DNA of 64,000 nucleotides from Betaproteobacteria bacterium (GTDB taxonomy: Bacteria > Pseudomonadota > Gammaproteobacteria > Burkholderiales > Usitatibacteraceae): the NCBI GenBank assembly GCA_031430555.1, contig JANPBQ010000263.1:650-64649 (forward strand), written 5' to 3'. Under the pieces are notes generated by a model. It saw only the letters and a program-made list of their open reading frames with translations. It was not told the DNA's origin and searched no databases. A program made the position numbers and the translations under genes. This document shows, piece by piece, positions 27,589 to 38,159 of this stretch. Position 1 is the stretch's first letter. Every line of letters begins with the position of its first letter.

Positions 27589-29751
27589 ATGGCCAAATAC
27601 CCGATCCTGATCCTAAGCGTATTGCTACGCGCAGTCTTGCCGGTCGCGTTCGCGGGCGCGTGCCTCGCTGCACCCGTCAAGACGCCGCACGTCGAGGCCG
27701 AACTCATCTCCCGCTACGCCGCGTTTCAGCCAGGCAAGCCGATCGAGCTCGCACTGCGGCTGAAAATCATCGATCACTGGCACACCTATTGGCAAAATCC
27801 GGGCGATTCCGGATTGCCGACGCGGCTCGATTGGACGTTGCCCGGCGGATTCACGGCGGGCAGCATCGAATGGCCGCACCCAAAAAGACTGCCGCTTGGC
27901 CCGCTCATGAATTTTGGCTACGAGGGCGAAGTGCTGCATTTGGTCAATGTGCAGACGCCGAAAAATTTCAAAATCGGCGATCCCGTCAAATTCGCGGCGA
28001 AAGCCGATTGGCTGGTTTGCAGCGATGTTTGCATCCCCGAAAGCGCGAATTTATCGATTACCTTGCAAAGTGTAGACGCGGCACCCTTGCCGGACGTGCG
28101 CTGGATCGATGCATTCGCCAAGGCGCGGGCCGCACTTCCCGCCAAAATGACAAATTGGCGGATGTCGGCCAAGGTTGCCGATGGCAAGATTTCGATCGAA
28201 TTTTCGCCGCCTTCCGGCGTCGCCGTACCGCTGACGGATGTCGCATTTTTCCCATTACGTGAAGAGCTCATCGCCAACGCGGCGCCGCAGATCCTGACCA
28301 AGACCGACGCTGGCTACCGCATTGAAACCTCCGCGGCGGATCCGATCCATGCAGACCTCAAAAGTGCCGATGGAGTGCTGGTCTCGTCAAACGGTTGGGG
28401 CGCGGCGCATTCTGGAAATGCGATTACCTTTTTCGCGCCACTCGCCATTGCAACTGCCCCGGGCAAATCGTTGCCGCGCCCGGTTGCGGCCACCTCCCCG
28501 CCCCCTTCTCCGCCCGCTGAATCGTTGGGTCTCTTCGCCGCGCTGCTGTTTGCATTCGGCGGTGGATTACTGCTGAATCTGATGCCCTGCGTGTTCCCGG
28601 TGCTAGGCATCAAAGTTATGGGGTTCGCGCGTCACTCGCAAAGCGATGCCGCGAAAATGCGCAAGCAAGGTTTCGCATTCCTGGGCGGCGTGATTGTCTC
28701 TTTCTGGTTGCTGGCGGGCGCGCTGATCGCGTTGCGTGCTGCCGGTGAATCGGTCGGCTGGGGATTTCAGCTTCAGTCGCCGATGTTCGTCAGCTTTCTC
28801 GCCGCCCTTTTCATGTTGATGGCGTTGAACTTGAGCGGCGTATTCGAAATGGGGCTCGGCGTCCAATCCGCTGCGGGCGGGCTTGCGCCACCGGGTCGCG
28901 GCGCATTGATCGACGCATTCTTTTCCGGCGTGCTCGCTACCGTGGTGGCGACCCCCTGCACCGCGCCAATGATGGGTGCGGCGCTCGGCTTCACGCTTTC
29001 GCAGCCCGCCGCCACGTCGCTACTGGTATTCACGGCCATCGCGTTCGGCATGGCGACGCCGGTGTTCATGCTCTCGTTGATGCCGAAGTGGCTGCGGTAC
29101 CTGCCGAGGCCGGGCGCATGGATGGATACATTGAAACAAGTCCTCGCGTTTCCCCTATATGCCACCGTCGTGTGGCTGGTCTGGGTTCTTGGTGCCCAAA
29201 TCGGCAATGATGGTGTCGCGCGACTGTTATTCGGGTTGACCTTGCTCTCGCTCGCAGCTTGGCTATATGGACATTGGCAGCTTGCCCGACCGAGAAGTGC
29301 CGTTATCGCAGCACTACTGGTCGTAATCATGGGTCTCGCCATCGCTTGGCCGGATACCAAGAATGTTGGATCGACTGTTGCGCGGGCCGAGGAGGGATGG
29401 GTACCTTTTTCCGCGAAGAAGATCGCCGAGTTGCGCGCCGAGAAAAAGCCGATATTTGTCGATTTCACTGCCACTTGGTGCATCACCTGCCAGGTGAACA
29501 AACGCGTTGCGTTGAATCGGGAAGATGTGATTCAGCGATTCAAAGAACTCGGCGTCGTACGCATGAAGGCTGACTGGACCGTCCAGGATCCGGAAATCAC
29601 TCGGGCACTGGCGAAATTCGGGCGCAATGGCGTGCCGCTCTATGTTTTCTATCCCGCCGGCGGGGAAGCGGTGATTCTCCCCGAAGTATTGACGCCGGCA
29701 ATCGTACTCGCGGCAATTTCGCCGGGTACGCCTTCTCTTGCGGCCCAATAG
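27589..29751 (+). CDS. dsbD: DsbD-family protein-disulfide reductase (long, ScsB-like)
   Basis: 720 aa. It has a signal peptide, an N-terminal periplasmic domain with WLVCSDVCIP, a multi-TM core (LLNLMPCVFPVLG, ATPCTAPMMG) and a C-terminal thioredoxin fold (TATWCITCQ). Confidence 0.85.
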   Translation: MAKYPILILSVLLRAVLPVAFAGACLAAPVKTPHVEAELISRYAAFQPGKPIELALRLKIIDHWHTYWQNPGDSGLPTRLDWTLPGGFTAGSIEWPHPKRLPLGPLMNFGYEGEVLHLVNVQTPKNFKIGDPVKFAAKADWLVCSDVCIPESANLSITLQSVDAAPLPDVRWIDAFAKARAALPAKMTNWRMSAKVADGKISIEFSPPSGVAVPLTDVAFFPLREELIANAAPQILTKTDAGYRIETSAADPIHADLKSADGVLVSSNGWGAAHSGNAITFFAPLAIATAPGKSLPRPVAATSPPPSPPAESLGLFAALLFAFGGGLLLNLMPCVFPVLGIKVMGFARHSQSDAAKMRKQGFAFLGGVIVSFWLLAGALIALRAAGESVGWGFQLQSPMFVSFLAALFMLMALNLSGVFEMGLGVQSAAGGLAPPGRGALIDAFFSGVLATVVATPCTAPMMGAALGFTLSQPAATSLLVFTAIAFGMATPVFMLSLMPKWLRYLPRPGAWMDTLKQVLAFPLYATVVWLVWVLGAQIGNDGVARLLFGLTLLSLAAWLYGHWQLARPRSAVIAALLVVIMGLAIAWPDTKNVGSTVARAEEGWVPFSAKKIAELRAEKKPIFVDFTATWCITCQVNKRVALNREDVIQRFKELGVVRMKADWTVQDPEITRALAKFGRNGVPLYVFYPAGGEAVILPEVLTPAIVLAAISPGTPSLAAQ

Positions 29752-29820
29752 TCGTTTGTTTCCCTGCGACAGCCGCGTTAATATCAGTCTTGGCAATCGA
29801 GCTTCCCAACCATTCACATT

Positions 29821-30414
29821 TTGGCCGCCTTGAACTCAAGACCGATTCCCCTGCTGCCATTGAGCGTATTGATCCTGCTGGGCGCGATGACGTTCTGGTT
29901 GTCGCGTTTTGTCCAATTGGATGAAACTCGCGCGAATGGCGCAATTCGGCATGATCCGGATTTGATCATCGAGAATTTTTCCGCCCTCAAACTGGGGGAA
30001 AGCGGCACCGTTGAATACACTATTCGCGCTGAAAAAATGACGCATTTTCGCGACGACGATTTGTCGACGCTCGATAAAATCGTGTTCACCGCATTGCAAC
30101 CCAACAAACCGAAGGTGACCGCAACTGCACCCCGCGGCCAACTCGTCAAGCACGCGGATGGTGCCGACGAAGTCATGATGGACGGCGGCGTTCGCGTTGA
30201 AACCGAGGCCGATGCAAAGCATTCGGCAATGCTTTTGACGACCCCGACAATGAAGGTCATTCCGGATCAGAATATTGCGCGCTCAAATGATGGTGTCGTC
30301 ATGGAAAGTCTGTCGGGCAAATTAACCGCAAAGACATTTGTATTGAACACCGATACTCGCCGACTTGAATTGGAAGGCGTCAATCTCAAGTACACGCCCA
30401 GGAGCAAACGATGA
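29821..30414 (+). CDS. lptC: LPS export system protein LptC
   Basis: 197 aa with a single N-terminal TM (IPLLPLSVLILLGAMTFWL). TTG start; sits directly upstream of and overlapping lptA. Confidence 0.75.
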   Translation: MAALNSRPIPLLPLSVLILLGAMTFWLSRFVQLDETRANGAIRHDPDLIIENFSALKLGESGTVEYTIRAEKMTHFRDDDLSTLDKIVFTALQPNKPKVTATAPRGQLVKHADGADEVMMDGGVRVETEADAKHSAMLLTTPTMKVIPDQNIARSNDGVVMESLSGKLTAKTFVLNTDTRRLELEGVNLKYTPRSKR

Positions 30415-30998
30415 CGTTGCCGAAACGAGTGTTGACCCATGCGGTGATCTTCGTATCACTTTTGCCCAGCGTCGCATCAAGCGAAAAAGCCGACCGCGAA
30501 AAGGAAATGGACATTTCATCGAAGTATGGTTTGTATGAAGGCTCGAAGGAAACCAACGTCAAGAAACTCGAGGGCGATGTGCTGATCGAGCGCGGCACGA
30601 TGCGCATCACTGCCGAACGTGCGATCGTCAAAGAGACCGCCGAAGGCACATTTGCGGAGTTGTTCGGCAAATCGTCCGGGCCGATCACCTTCAGGCAAAA
30701 GCGCGAAGGTGAAAATGAATTTGTTGAGGCATCCGCCGACCGCGCCGAATACGACGATAGCACCGGCACTATCAAACTCTATTCCAAAGTCCGTTTCAAA
30801 AGCGGCGGCGACCTCATGGAAAGTGAATACATGGTCTACAACACGTACACCGAAAAAATGGAACTGCGCAATCAGATTCCCGGTGCAAAACCTACACCGG
30901 GTGTCGACGAGGGCAGAGTGACGTTCAAGGTGCAGCCGCGCACGCAATCGACAGCACCGGCGTCCGATGGCAAAACGCCGCCCGCCGCCAAAAAATAA
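30411..30998 (+). CDS. lptA: LPS transport periplasmic protein LptA (OstA-like)
   Basis: 195 aa with a signal peptide and a beta-jellyroll-like repetitive pattern. Positioned between lptC and lptB. Confidence 0.8.
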   Translation: MTLPKRVLTHAVIFVSLLPSVASSEKADREKEMDISSKYGLYEGSKETNVKKLEGDVLIERGTMRITAERAIVKETAEGTFAELFGKSSGPITFRQKREGENEFVEASADRAEYDDSTGTIKLYSKVRFKSGGDLMESEYMVYNTYTEKMELRNQIPGAKPTPGVDEGRVTFKVQPRTQSTAPASDGKTPPAAKK

Positions 30999-31014
30999 CG
31001 CTCGCAAAGACTGA

Positions 31015-31788
31015 TTGATGAATCAAATCGCCGAATCCGGGTCTATGCCGGATGCACTCAGCACCAAGAGCACCCTGCGCGCCGATCGGCTCAAGAAGTC
31101 CTACAAGAAACGCGTTGTTGTAAGCGATGTCTCGCTTTCCGTTGAAAGCGGTGAAGTGGTTGGATTGTTGGGGCCCAACGGTGCCGGAAAGACCACTTGC
31201 TTTTACATGATTGTCGGCCTCGTGCCGCTGGATAGTGGCGGCATTTTGCTGGATGAAAAGGAGGTGTCTCGTCTGCCGATCTATCGACGTTCGCGATTGG
31301 GGCTCGCATATCTTCCCCAAGAAGCGTCGATTTTCCGCAAACTGACGGTTGCCGAGAATATTCAGGCTGTACTGGAATTGCGCGACTTATCGCCGGACGA
31401 AATCGACAACAAGCGCGATTCGCTGATGGATGAATTGCACATTACGCATTTGCGCAACAATCCCGCAATCAGTTTGTCGGGTGGCGAACGCCGCCGCGTC
31501 GAAATTGCCCGCGCGCTGGCGGTCGATCCGCGATTCATCCTGCTCGACGAACCCTTCGCCGGCGTCGATCCGATCGCCGTCATTGATATTCAGGAAATCA
31601 TTAAGTTTCTGAAAAATCGCGGCATAGGTGTACTGATCACCGATCACAATGTACGGGAGACATTGGGTATCTGCGACCGCGCCTACATCATCAATCAGGG
31701 ATCGGTTTTGGCCTCCGGCAAGCCCGACGAAATAATTTATAATGAATCTGTTCGCAAAGTCTATCTGGGTGAAAACTTCCGCCTATGA
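31015..31788 (+). CDS. lptB: LPS export ABC transporter ATP-binding protein
   Basis: Walker [10 protein letters not shown], signature LSGGERRR, Walker [12 protein letters not shown]. The start could be 31045. Confidence 0.93.
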   Translation: MMNQIAESGSMPDALSTKSTLRADRLKKSYKKRVVVSDVSLSVESGEVVGLLGPNGAGKTTCFYMIVGLVPLDSGGILLDEKEVSRLPIYRRSRLGLAYLPQEASIFRKLTVAENIQAVLELRDLSPDEIDNKRDSLMDELHITHLRNNPAISLSGGERRRVEIARALAVDPRFILLDEPFAGVDPIAVIDIQEIIKFLKNRGIGVLITDHNVRETLGICDRAYIINQGSVLASGKPDEIIYNESVRKVYLGENFRL

Positions 31789-31840
31789 TTTCCCGGCAGT
31801 ATGTTGAAAAACAACTGCGTGGCGGCGATGCATCTCCAGC

Positions 31841-33316
31841 ATGAAACATAGCCTCCAGCTCAAGCTCTCACAGCACCTCACGCTGACCCCGCAACTGCAA
31901 CTTTCGATAAAGTTGTTGCAGCTGTCGACAGTTGAACTCAATACCGAACTTGAGCGGTACTTGCTCGAAAACCCTTTGCTTGAACGCATCGATGCGGAAA
32001 GCGCCTCGAACGACGCGGCCGTTGCCTTCAACGGCGTGTCCGCTCACGAAGGTGAATCCCGGGAACGCGAAGACGGTGCGGCATCCTCTGAGACAGCACC
32101 GAGCGACAGTGGTGCCACCGACACCAGCGCGGATTTTGGCGCGTCGATGGAAGATGGCGGCACCTATTCAAGCACCACGCGTCGGCAATCGGATGACGAC
32201 GAAGACAGCGACTATTCACAGTTGCCGGCCGCTGAGGCCACCCTACAGGAACACCTGATTCAACAACTGACGTTGTCGCAGCTCTCCGAGCACGACCGGC
32301 GATTGGTACTCATGGTGATCGCCCATTTGGATGACGACGGCTACTTGAGCACCGATCTAGATGAGCTTGCCGCGTCGATCGGCGAGCACATGGAAATCGA
32401 ACCAGAGGAGTTGGGTATCGCGCTGACGCATGTTCAACAAATGGATCCCACCGGCGTCGGTGCGCGCTCGCTTGGCGAATGCCTCGCGTTGCAACTTCGC
32501 AGCCTGCCGAGCGATACGCCGCAACTTGATCGCGCGCTTCAGATTGCGGATCATCATCTCGATGCGCTCGGCGCGCGCGACTTCGCCAAATTGAAAAGAA
32601 TTCTCCGCTGCGACGACGGCGAGTTGAAAGTGGCGCGCGAACTGATCGTTTCGCTCGATCCGAAGCCGGGCCGTGGATTTGGCGGCGGCGATACGCGCTA
32701 CGTGATTCCGGATGTGGTCGTTAAGAAAATTAGCGGCGCGTGGACGGCGCAACTCAATCAAGAAGCCATGCCGAAGTTGCGTGTCAACAAGCTATATGCC
32801 GATTTGCTGCACCGCAGCCGAGACAGTGCCGGCAAAAATCTCGCCGGGCAACTGCAGGAAGCGCGTTGGCTGATCAAGAACGTACAGCAACGCTTTGACA
32901 CCATATTGCGCGTGACGCAGGCAATCGTCGAGCGCCAACGGCATTTTTTCGATCATGGCGAAGTCGCGATGCGCCCGTTGGTGTTGCGTGAAATTGCAGA
33001 CCAGGTGGGCCTGCACGAATCGACCATTTCGCGCGTCACAACGCAGAAGTACATGCTCACCCCCAAAGGTATTTTTGAGCTCAAGTATTTTTTCGGCTCC
33101 AGCGTTTCTACCGACACCGGCGGCGCTTGCTCGGCGACCGCAATCCGCGCATTGATCAAGCAATTGGTGCAAGCGGAAGACAACAAGAAGCCTTTGTCCG
33201 ACAATCGCATCTCGGATATTCTGGCTCAACAGGGTATTGTGGTGGCGAGACGAACTGTGGCCAAGTACCGGGAAGGCCTGCAAATTCAGGCGGCCAGTTT
33301 GCGAAAGGCATTTTAG
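31841..33316 (+). CDS. rpoN: RNA polymerase sigma-54 factor
   Basis: N-terminus MKHSLQLKLSQHLTLTPQLQLSIKLLQLS, an acidic region II, and the RpoN box ARRTVAKYR. Confidence 0.96.
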   Translation: MKHSLQLKLSQHLTLTPQLQLSIKLLQLSTVELNTELERYLLENPLLERIDAESASNDAAVAFNGVSAHEGESREREDGAASSETAPSDSGATDTSADFGASMEDGGTYSSTTRRQSDDDEDSDYSQLPAAEATLQEHLIQQLTLSQLSEHDRRLVLMVIAHLDDDGYLSTDLDELAASIGEHMEIEPEELGIALTHVQQMDPTGVGARSLGECLALQLRSLPSDTPQLDRALQIADHHLDALGARDFAKLKRILRCDDGELKVARELIVSLDPKPGRGFGGGDTRYVIPDVVVKKISGAWTAQLNQEAMPKLRVNKLYADLLHRSRDSAGKNLAGQLQEARWLIKNVQQRFDTILRVTQAIVERQRHFFDHGEVAMRPLVLREIADQVGLHESTISRVTTQKYMLTPKGIFELKYFFGSSVSTDTGGACSATAIRALIKQLVQAEDNKKPLSDNRISDILAQQGIVVARRTVAKYREGLQIQAASLRKAF

Positions 33317-33451
33317 GGATTTCAGGGATGTGCAGTGGTTGTGATTGTTGTGGTTGTTGAAAAGTGTATTGCAGAAGCGGTAGCCTTATTGAGTAGTCAA
33401 ACAAGCGGCGCACGCAACGATTGCGGTGCCCCTCGCAAAGGAGATTGGCAA

Positions 33452-33775
33452 ATGAACTTGAACATGACTGGCCATCACCTCGAAATCACGCCGTCCATGC
33501 GTGATTACGTCTCTTCAAAGATGACTCGAATCAACCGTCATTTCGATCATGTGATCGATGTGAGCATGATTCTGAGCGTCGAAAAGCTGCGACAGAAGAT
33601 CGAAGCGAACGTGCATTTGTCGGGAAAGGATATTTTCGCCGAGAGCGAAGATTCGGACATGTATGCCGCCATCGATTTGCTGGTGGACAAGCTCGACCGG
33701 CAGATCATCAAACACAAAGAACGCGTCAAGAACAAGCACGACATTTCGGCGCTGAAACGCATTCCCACGGAGTGA
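33452..33775 (+). CDS. hpf: ribosome hibernation promoting factor (sigma-54 modulation protein family)
   Basis: 107 aa, starting MNLNMTGHHLEITPSMRDYV, with AAGGAG upstream of the ATG at 33452. The upstream ORF extension from 33335 is rejected. Confidence 0.9.
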   Translation: MNLNMTGHHLEITPSMRDYVSSKMTRINRHFDHVIDVSMILSVEKLRQKIEANVHLSGKDIFAESEDSDMYAAIDLLVDKLDRQIIKHKERVKNKHDISALKRIPTE

Positions 33776-33782
33776 TGCACAC

Positions 33783-33806
33783 GGCGGCCGGCGCAAGCCG
33801 GCCGCC
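33783..33806 (+). terminator. strong hairpin downstream of hpf (possible attenuating terminator)
   Basis: GGCGGCCGGC-GCAA-GCCGGCCGCC is a perfect 10-bp stem, but only a weak T tract (GACTTTG) follows. Confidence 0.35.
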
Positions 33807-33937
33807 GACTTTGCGCAATGTCGTTCGGGTGCAAATAAAACGCTTCGCCGTCGGTCATTCAACTGAACGTCTGTGGCGCAAACGTCGTAGACCTCACCAT
33901 CGGTTCCACTTTCCGTTCCAATCATCCTTCGTCGCGC

Positions 33938-34423
33938 ATGAATCTCATCGGTAAAACACTATCCATTCCGCGCATCGCGCTGGATATGGACATCACCAGC
34001 AAGAAGCGATTGTTTGAGCAGATCGGTCTGATGATCGAGAACGAAAATCGCATTGCCCGCGCGACCGTGTTCGACGCGTTGTTCGCGCGCGAAAAGCTCG
34101 GCTCTACTGGTCTTGGAATGGGTGTCGCCATTCCGCATGGCAGGCTCAAACAACTTCGCGATACGGTTGCCGTATTTGTGCGCGCCAAAGAAGGTATTCC
34201 GTTCGAAGCGCCGGACGACGCACCGGTAAGATTGGTGTTCGCGATGCTGGTTCCCGAACACGCGACCGAACAGCACTTGAATATGCTTTCCGAGCTCACG
34301 CAAATATTCAGCAACCCCGAGCTGCGCGAAGTACTCATGACGGCGGACGACCCGCAGTTCATCCATCAACTGCTCACGGAGTGGTCACCGTATGCCGCGA
34401 TTAAGCGTACAGCAGCTGTTTGA
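33938..34423 (+). CDS. ptsN: PTS IIA-like nitrogen regulatory protein PtsN
   Basis: 161 aa; EIIA(Ntr/Fru) pattern with active-site His context GMGVAIPHGR. Position after rpoN-hpf. Confidence 0.9.
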   Translation: MNLIGKTLSIPRIALDMDITSKKRLFEQIGLMIENENRIARATVFDALFAREKLGSTGLGMGVAIPHGRLKQLRDTVAVFVRAKEGIPFEAPDDAPVRLVFAMLVPEHATEQHLNMLSELTQIFSNPELREVLMTADDPQFIHQLLTEWSPYAAIKRTAAV

Positions 34424-35405
34424 CGACCGTCGGGAGAAGCTCCAGCTCACCTGGATAGGCGGGCGCAAAGGTGCGTCGCGCGAGCTGACCCACGATGCGC
34501 TCAACCGGGCCGGCGTAGGGTTGGTCGGTCATCTGAATTTGATACATCCGATCCTCATCCAGGCGTTGGGCATGAGCGATCTCGATTACCTGGGGAACCA
34601 GCCGACTGCCGCGCGCGCCGAAAGCTTCGCCACGCTTTGCAAGGGTGAGACGACGTGTATCTTTGTCTGCGATGGTGCCGATGCACCGCGCGATCTCATC
34701 GCCGCATGTGATCAGCACGGTGTACCGCTTTTCCTTTCGCAAAAGATGAGCCGGGTATTTGTCAATCTATTGCGGCCTTATTTGCAACGCGAGCTTTCCG
34801 AGGTAACCACCAGCCATGGCGTGTTTCTCGACGTGCTGGGCTTCGGCATTCTGATCACCGGCGATTCGCAGATCGGCAAGAGCGAACTCGCCCTCGAGCT
34901 GATTTCTCGCGGTGCTGGCCTGGTCGCCGACGATGCGGTCGAGCTCTACCAGATCGGCCCGGAAACGATACAAGGCCGCTGCCCGCCGTTGCTGCGTGAT
35001 TTTCTGGAGGTACGCGGCATCGGCGTCATCAACATCAAGGCGATATTCGGCGAGACGGCCGTGCGCCCGCGCAAGACGTTGCGCTTGATCGTGCATCTCG
35101 AGCGCCCGACCGAAGAATATTTTCGCGGTCTTGACCGGCTGCAAACTAAATCCAGCTCGACCTTTATTCTGGGCGTGGAAATTCCCACGGTGACGCTCGC
35201 GGTCGTGGCGGGACGCAACCTTGCAGTGCTGGTCGAGGCGGCCGTGCGCCACTATATTTTGCAAACCCGCGGCTACGATTCCACCAAGGATTTTCTTGAA
35301 CGCCATGAAGTAGTGATGCGCGAGCAGGATGATGCCGCTCAAGCCGCGACCGACGCGGATTCATCGGCGGCGACACGCCAAATCCGCGCATACGGCACCG
35401 ACTAA
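34392..35405 (+). CDS. hprK: HPr kinase/phosphorylase
   Basis: P-loop GDSQIGKSELALEL and LEVRGIGVINI signature. The 5' end overlaps the ptsN 3' end by 32 nt. Confidence 0.9.
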   Translation: MPRLSVQQLFDDRREKLQLTWIGGRKGASRELTHDALNRAGVGLVGHLNLIHPILIQALGMSDLDYLGNQPTAARAESFATLCKGETTCIFVCDGADAPRDLIAACDQHGVPLFLSQKMSRVFVNLLRPYLQRELSEVTTSHGVFLDVLGFGILITGDSQIGKSELALELISRGAGLVADDAVELYQIGPETIQGRCPPLLRDFLEVRGIGVINIKAIFGETAVRPRKTLRLIVHLERPTEEYFRGLDRLQTKSSSTFILGVEIPTVTLAVVAGRNLAVLVEAAVRHYILQTRGYDSTKDFLERHEVVMREQDDAAQAATDADSSAATRQIRAYGTD

Positions 35406-35423
35406 ATAGACTGGCCTGATTTC

Positions 35424-36266
35424 ATGCAACTTGTATTGATTAGTGGATTATCCGGTTCCGGCAAGAGTGTGGCGCTGCATGCACTTGAAGACTCCGGCTA
35501 TTTCGCTGTCGACAATTTGCCGGCAATATTGATTCCAGCGCTTCTGGAATCGCAACGCAGCAACCCGCGCAGCATGGACAAAATCGCCATCAGCATCGAT
35601 GCGCGCACCAGTCATACACTCGACGCGTTGCCGCGGATCATCGAAGATCTCACCGAAAAGGGTATCGATTGCCGCACTGTTTATCTTGAAGCCAACGATG
35701 AAGCATTGACGCGGCGTTTTTCGGAAACCCGGCGGCCCCATCCGATGTCGCCGCGCATTGCCGGAGGTATCGCCAATTGCATTGCCGAAGAGCGGCGAAT
35801 TCTCTCGCCGGTCGCGAGTTTGGCGCACCGCATGGATACGTCCGGCGTGAATACGAACACGCTGCGCGGCTGGATCAAGGAATGGCTCAAGCTCGACCAA
35901 TCGCGGATCACGCTGGCGTTTCAATCTTTTGGGTTCAAGCGCGGGCTGCCGATCGATGCGGATCTTGTTTTTGACACACGCTTCCTGCCGAATCCGTTTT
36001 ACGATCCTGCCCTCCGTCCGCTTACCGGCAAGGATCGCGCGGTGAAAGAATTCCTCGAAGCGGATTTGAACGTCGCCCGATTGATTGACGATATCGCATC
36101 GTTTCTGATGCGTTGGCTGCCGTTTTATGTGCGCGACAACCGGGCCGCGCTGACCATCGCCATCGGTTGTACGGGAGGGCAGCATCGCTCTGTTTACATC
36201 GTTGAGGAGCTTGCGCAGCGCTTTGGCACCGATCAGCAGATTCTCATCCGACACCGCGATTTGTAG
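35424..36266 (+). CDS. rapZ: RNase adapter protein RapZ
   Basis: Walker A GLSGSGKS at the N-terminus and the C-terminal IGCTGGQHRSV motif; 280 aa. Confidence 0.92.
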   Translation: MQLVLISGLSGSGKSVALHALEDSGYFAVDNLPAILIPALLESQRSNPRSMDKIAISIDARTSHTLDALPRIIEDLTEKGIDCRTVYLEANDEALTRRFSETRRPHPMSPRIAGGIANCIAEERRILSPVASLAHRMDTSGVNTNTLRGWIKEWLKLDQSRITLAFQSFGFKRGLPIDADLVFDTRFLPNPFYDPALRPLTGKDRAVKEFLEADLNVARLIDDIASFLMRWLPFYVRDNRAALTIAIGCTGGQHRSVYIVEELAQRFGTDQQILIRHRDL

Positions 36267-36290
36267 CGTCGACCGGTAGATGCAGCGGTT

Positions 36291-36932
36291 GTGTCGATGA
36301 TCAAATCCATTCTCGGCGTCGTGGCGGATACTGTGTTACCGCAACAGGAAGCGGCGGTCCACATGCCGATATTTCCGCTTGGCTCGGTGTTGTTTCCCGG
36401 CGGCGGGTTGGCACTCAAAATATTCGAGCGGCGCTACATGGACATGGCCACCGCCTGTCTAAAATCCGGATCATCGTTCGGCATCGTGTTGATTCGCTCC
36501 GGCGCGGAAGTCGGCACCGCCGCTGAGCCGGAATCCATTGGCACCGTCGCAAGGATCGCCGATTGGGATATGCAAGACCTCGGCATCCTGCAAGTTCGTG
36601 TGCAAGGCAAAGAGCGATTTCGGCTGGTCGATCACACGATTGCGGATTCCGGATTGATTGTCGGTGGGATCACGGCAATCGCCAATGATGCACATGAGGA
36701 TTGCCCGGAGTTCGCGCCATGCGTGCAGTTTTTGCAAAAAGTACATTTGCGAACCGGCACACGTGCCATCGACGCCGATCACTTCGATGACGCCGCGTGG
36801 GTGAGTTATCGCATCACGGAGCTATTGCCGCTGGGCAATGCGGTCAAGCAAAAGATGCTGGAGCTCACCAGTGCACGCATGCGCCTTGAAATATTGCACC
36901 GGATACTCGCCGAGCAACACCTCATCGCGTGA
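36291..36932 (+). CDS. LON peptidase substrate-binding (N-terminal) domain protein
   Basis: MPIFPLGSVLFPGGGLALKIFERRY is typical of stand-alone Lon N-domain proteins. The start may be 36363. Confidence 0.75.
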   Translation: MSMIKSILGVVADTVLPQQEAAVHMPIFPLGSVLFPGGGLALKIFERRYMDMATACLKSGSSFGIVLIRSGAEVGTAAEPESIGTVARIADWDMQDLGILQVRVQGKERFRLVDHTIADSGLIVGGITAIANDAHEDCPEFAPCVQFLQKVHLRTGTRAIDADHFDDAAWVSYRITELLPLGNAVKQKMLELTSARMRLEILHRILAEQHLIA

Positions 36933-36956
36933 TGTTTTCGTCGCCTGCAGTCCTGT

Positions 36957-38000
36957 TTAGATGCGCGCGCGCAAAATACGTTTTACGGGTGCTGGAATCG
37001 CGGCGCCCATTGCGTCTTCCAGGTTGATCCACATGAGGCCCGGCTCCATCGCGCGCGCCTCGACGTGCGCGACGGAAATTTCGACCGGAAAAATCGACAG
37101 CGAGTAGTGCGTGAAGCCGTGCTCAACGCGCGCCAGTTCGCGAACGGTTCGCCCTTTCATGCCGTAACTCTTGTGGAGGACTTCAAACATGTCTTTCTCC
37201 ACCGGCAATTCCGGCAAGCTCCACAGCCCGCCCCAGATGCCGGTGGGCGGTCGTTTTTCGAGCAGCAATTCGCCATTGGAAATAATCACCAGCATGCGCG
37301 TTTGACGGTGCGGCGTCTCGCGATGGATGCGTTTGCCAGGCAACTCGTCAATCCGTCCTTCGACGAATGCAACACAGGTACTTCTCACCGGACACAGCAG
37401 ACAAACCGGCTGAGTGCGCGTGCAAACGGTGGCACCCAGATCCATCAACCCTTGTGTGTACGATTCGATATCCGTCTTCGGCAGTTTTTTGTCCGCGATC
37501 GCCCACATCGCTTCCTCAACCGGTCGCATGCGGGTGTCTCCCTCGATTCCAAATTGCCGGGCAAATACGCGCTTCACATTGCCATCGAGGATTGCGCGCC
37601 GCTCACTGAACGCGAACGCGCTGACTGCGGCGGCGGTTGATCGGCCGATGCCGGGCAGCGCGAGAATGTCGTCGAACGCGCGTGGAAATACACCGCCGTG
37701 CATGTCAACGATTGCTTCGGCGGCGCGATGCAAATTGCGCGCGCGCGCATAGTAGCCAAGGCCCGCCCACAATTGCATGACGTCGTCCAAATTTGCCGCA
37801 GCAAGTGCCGCTACATCGGGAAACCGCGCGACGAATTTCTCGTAATACGGGATGACGGTTGCCACCTGAGTCTGCTGAAGCATGATTTCGGACAGCCAAA
37901 TCCGATATGCGTCGCGCGTTCCTTGCCAAGGCAAGCCGTGCCGCCCTTCGCGCCGTTGCCAGATGATTATTTTTTTTGCGAATGCGCTCATTTGATGCAA
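36957..38000 (-). CDS. mutY: A/G-specific adenine DNA glycosylase
   Basis: HhH motif LPGIGRSTAAAV, Fe-S Cys cluster CTRTQPVCLLCPVRSTC, and a C-terminal NUDIX-like domain. Confidence 0.92.
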   Translation of the reverse strand: MHQMSAFAKKIIIWQRREGRHGLPWQGTRDAYRIWLSEIMLQQTQVATVIPYYEKFVARFPDVAALAAANLDDVMQLWAGLGYYARARNLHRAAEAIVDMHGGVFPRAFDDILALPGIGRSTAAAVSAFAFSERRAILDGNVKRVFARQFGIEGDTRMRPVEEAMWAIADKKLPKTDIESYTQGLMDLGATVCTRTQPVCLLCPVRSTCVAFVEGRIDELPGKRIHRETPHRQTRMLVIISNGELLLEKRPPTGIWGGLWSLPELPVEKDMFEVLHKSYGMKGRTVRELARVEHGFTHYSLSIFPVEISVAHVEARAMEPGLMWINLEDAMGAAIPAPVKRILRARI

Positions 38001-38159
38001 AGGACGATCAAGAAAAGGCGATCAATAGGGAAAATCTCTCGGCACAACACACGGTAATCCTGGAAGGCATGGAAAGCGTTTCAATTAATTTCTTACGGCG
38101 CAGACAAGTCAAAACGATTGCGACAAATACGCCGGATGTTCATCGCGCATAATACGCCC

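Noticed and set aside
33335-33451. Upstream extension of the hpf ORF (MVVIVVVVEKC..).
   Set aside because: The extension is low-complexity. A strong AAGGAG sits just before the ATG at 33452, which yields the canonical HPF N-terminus.
34392-34423. 32-nt overlap of ptsN and hprK as a possible frameshift or fusion.
   Set aside because: Both proteins are full length with normal termini in their own frames. Such short overlaps are common in this operon type.
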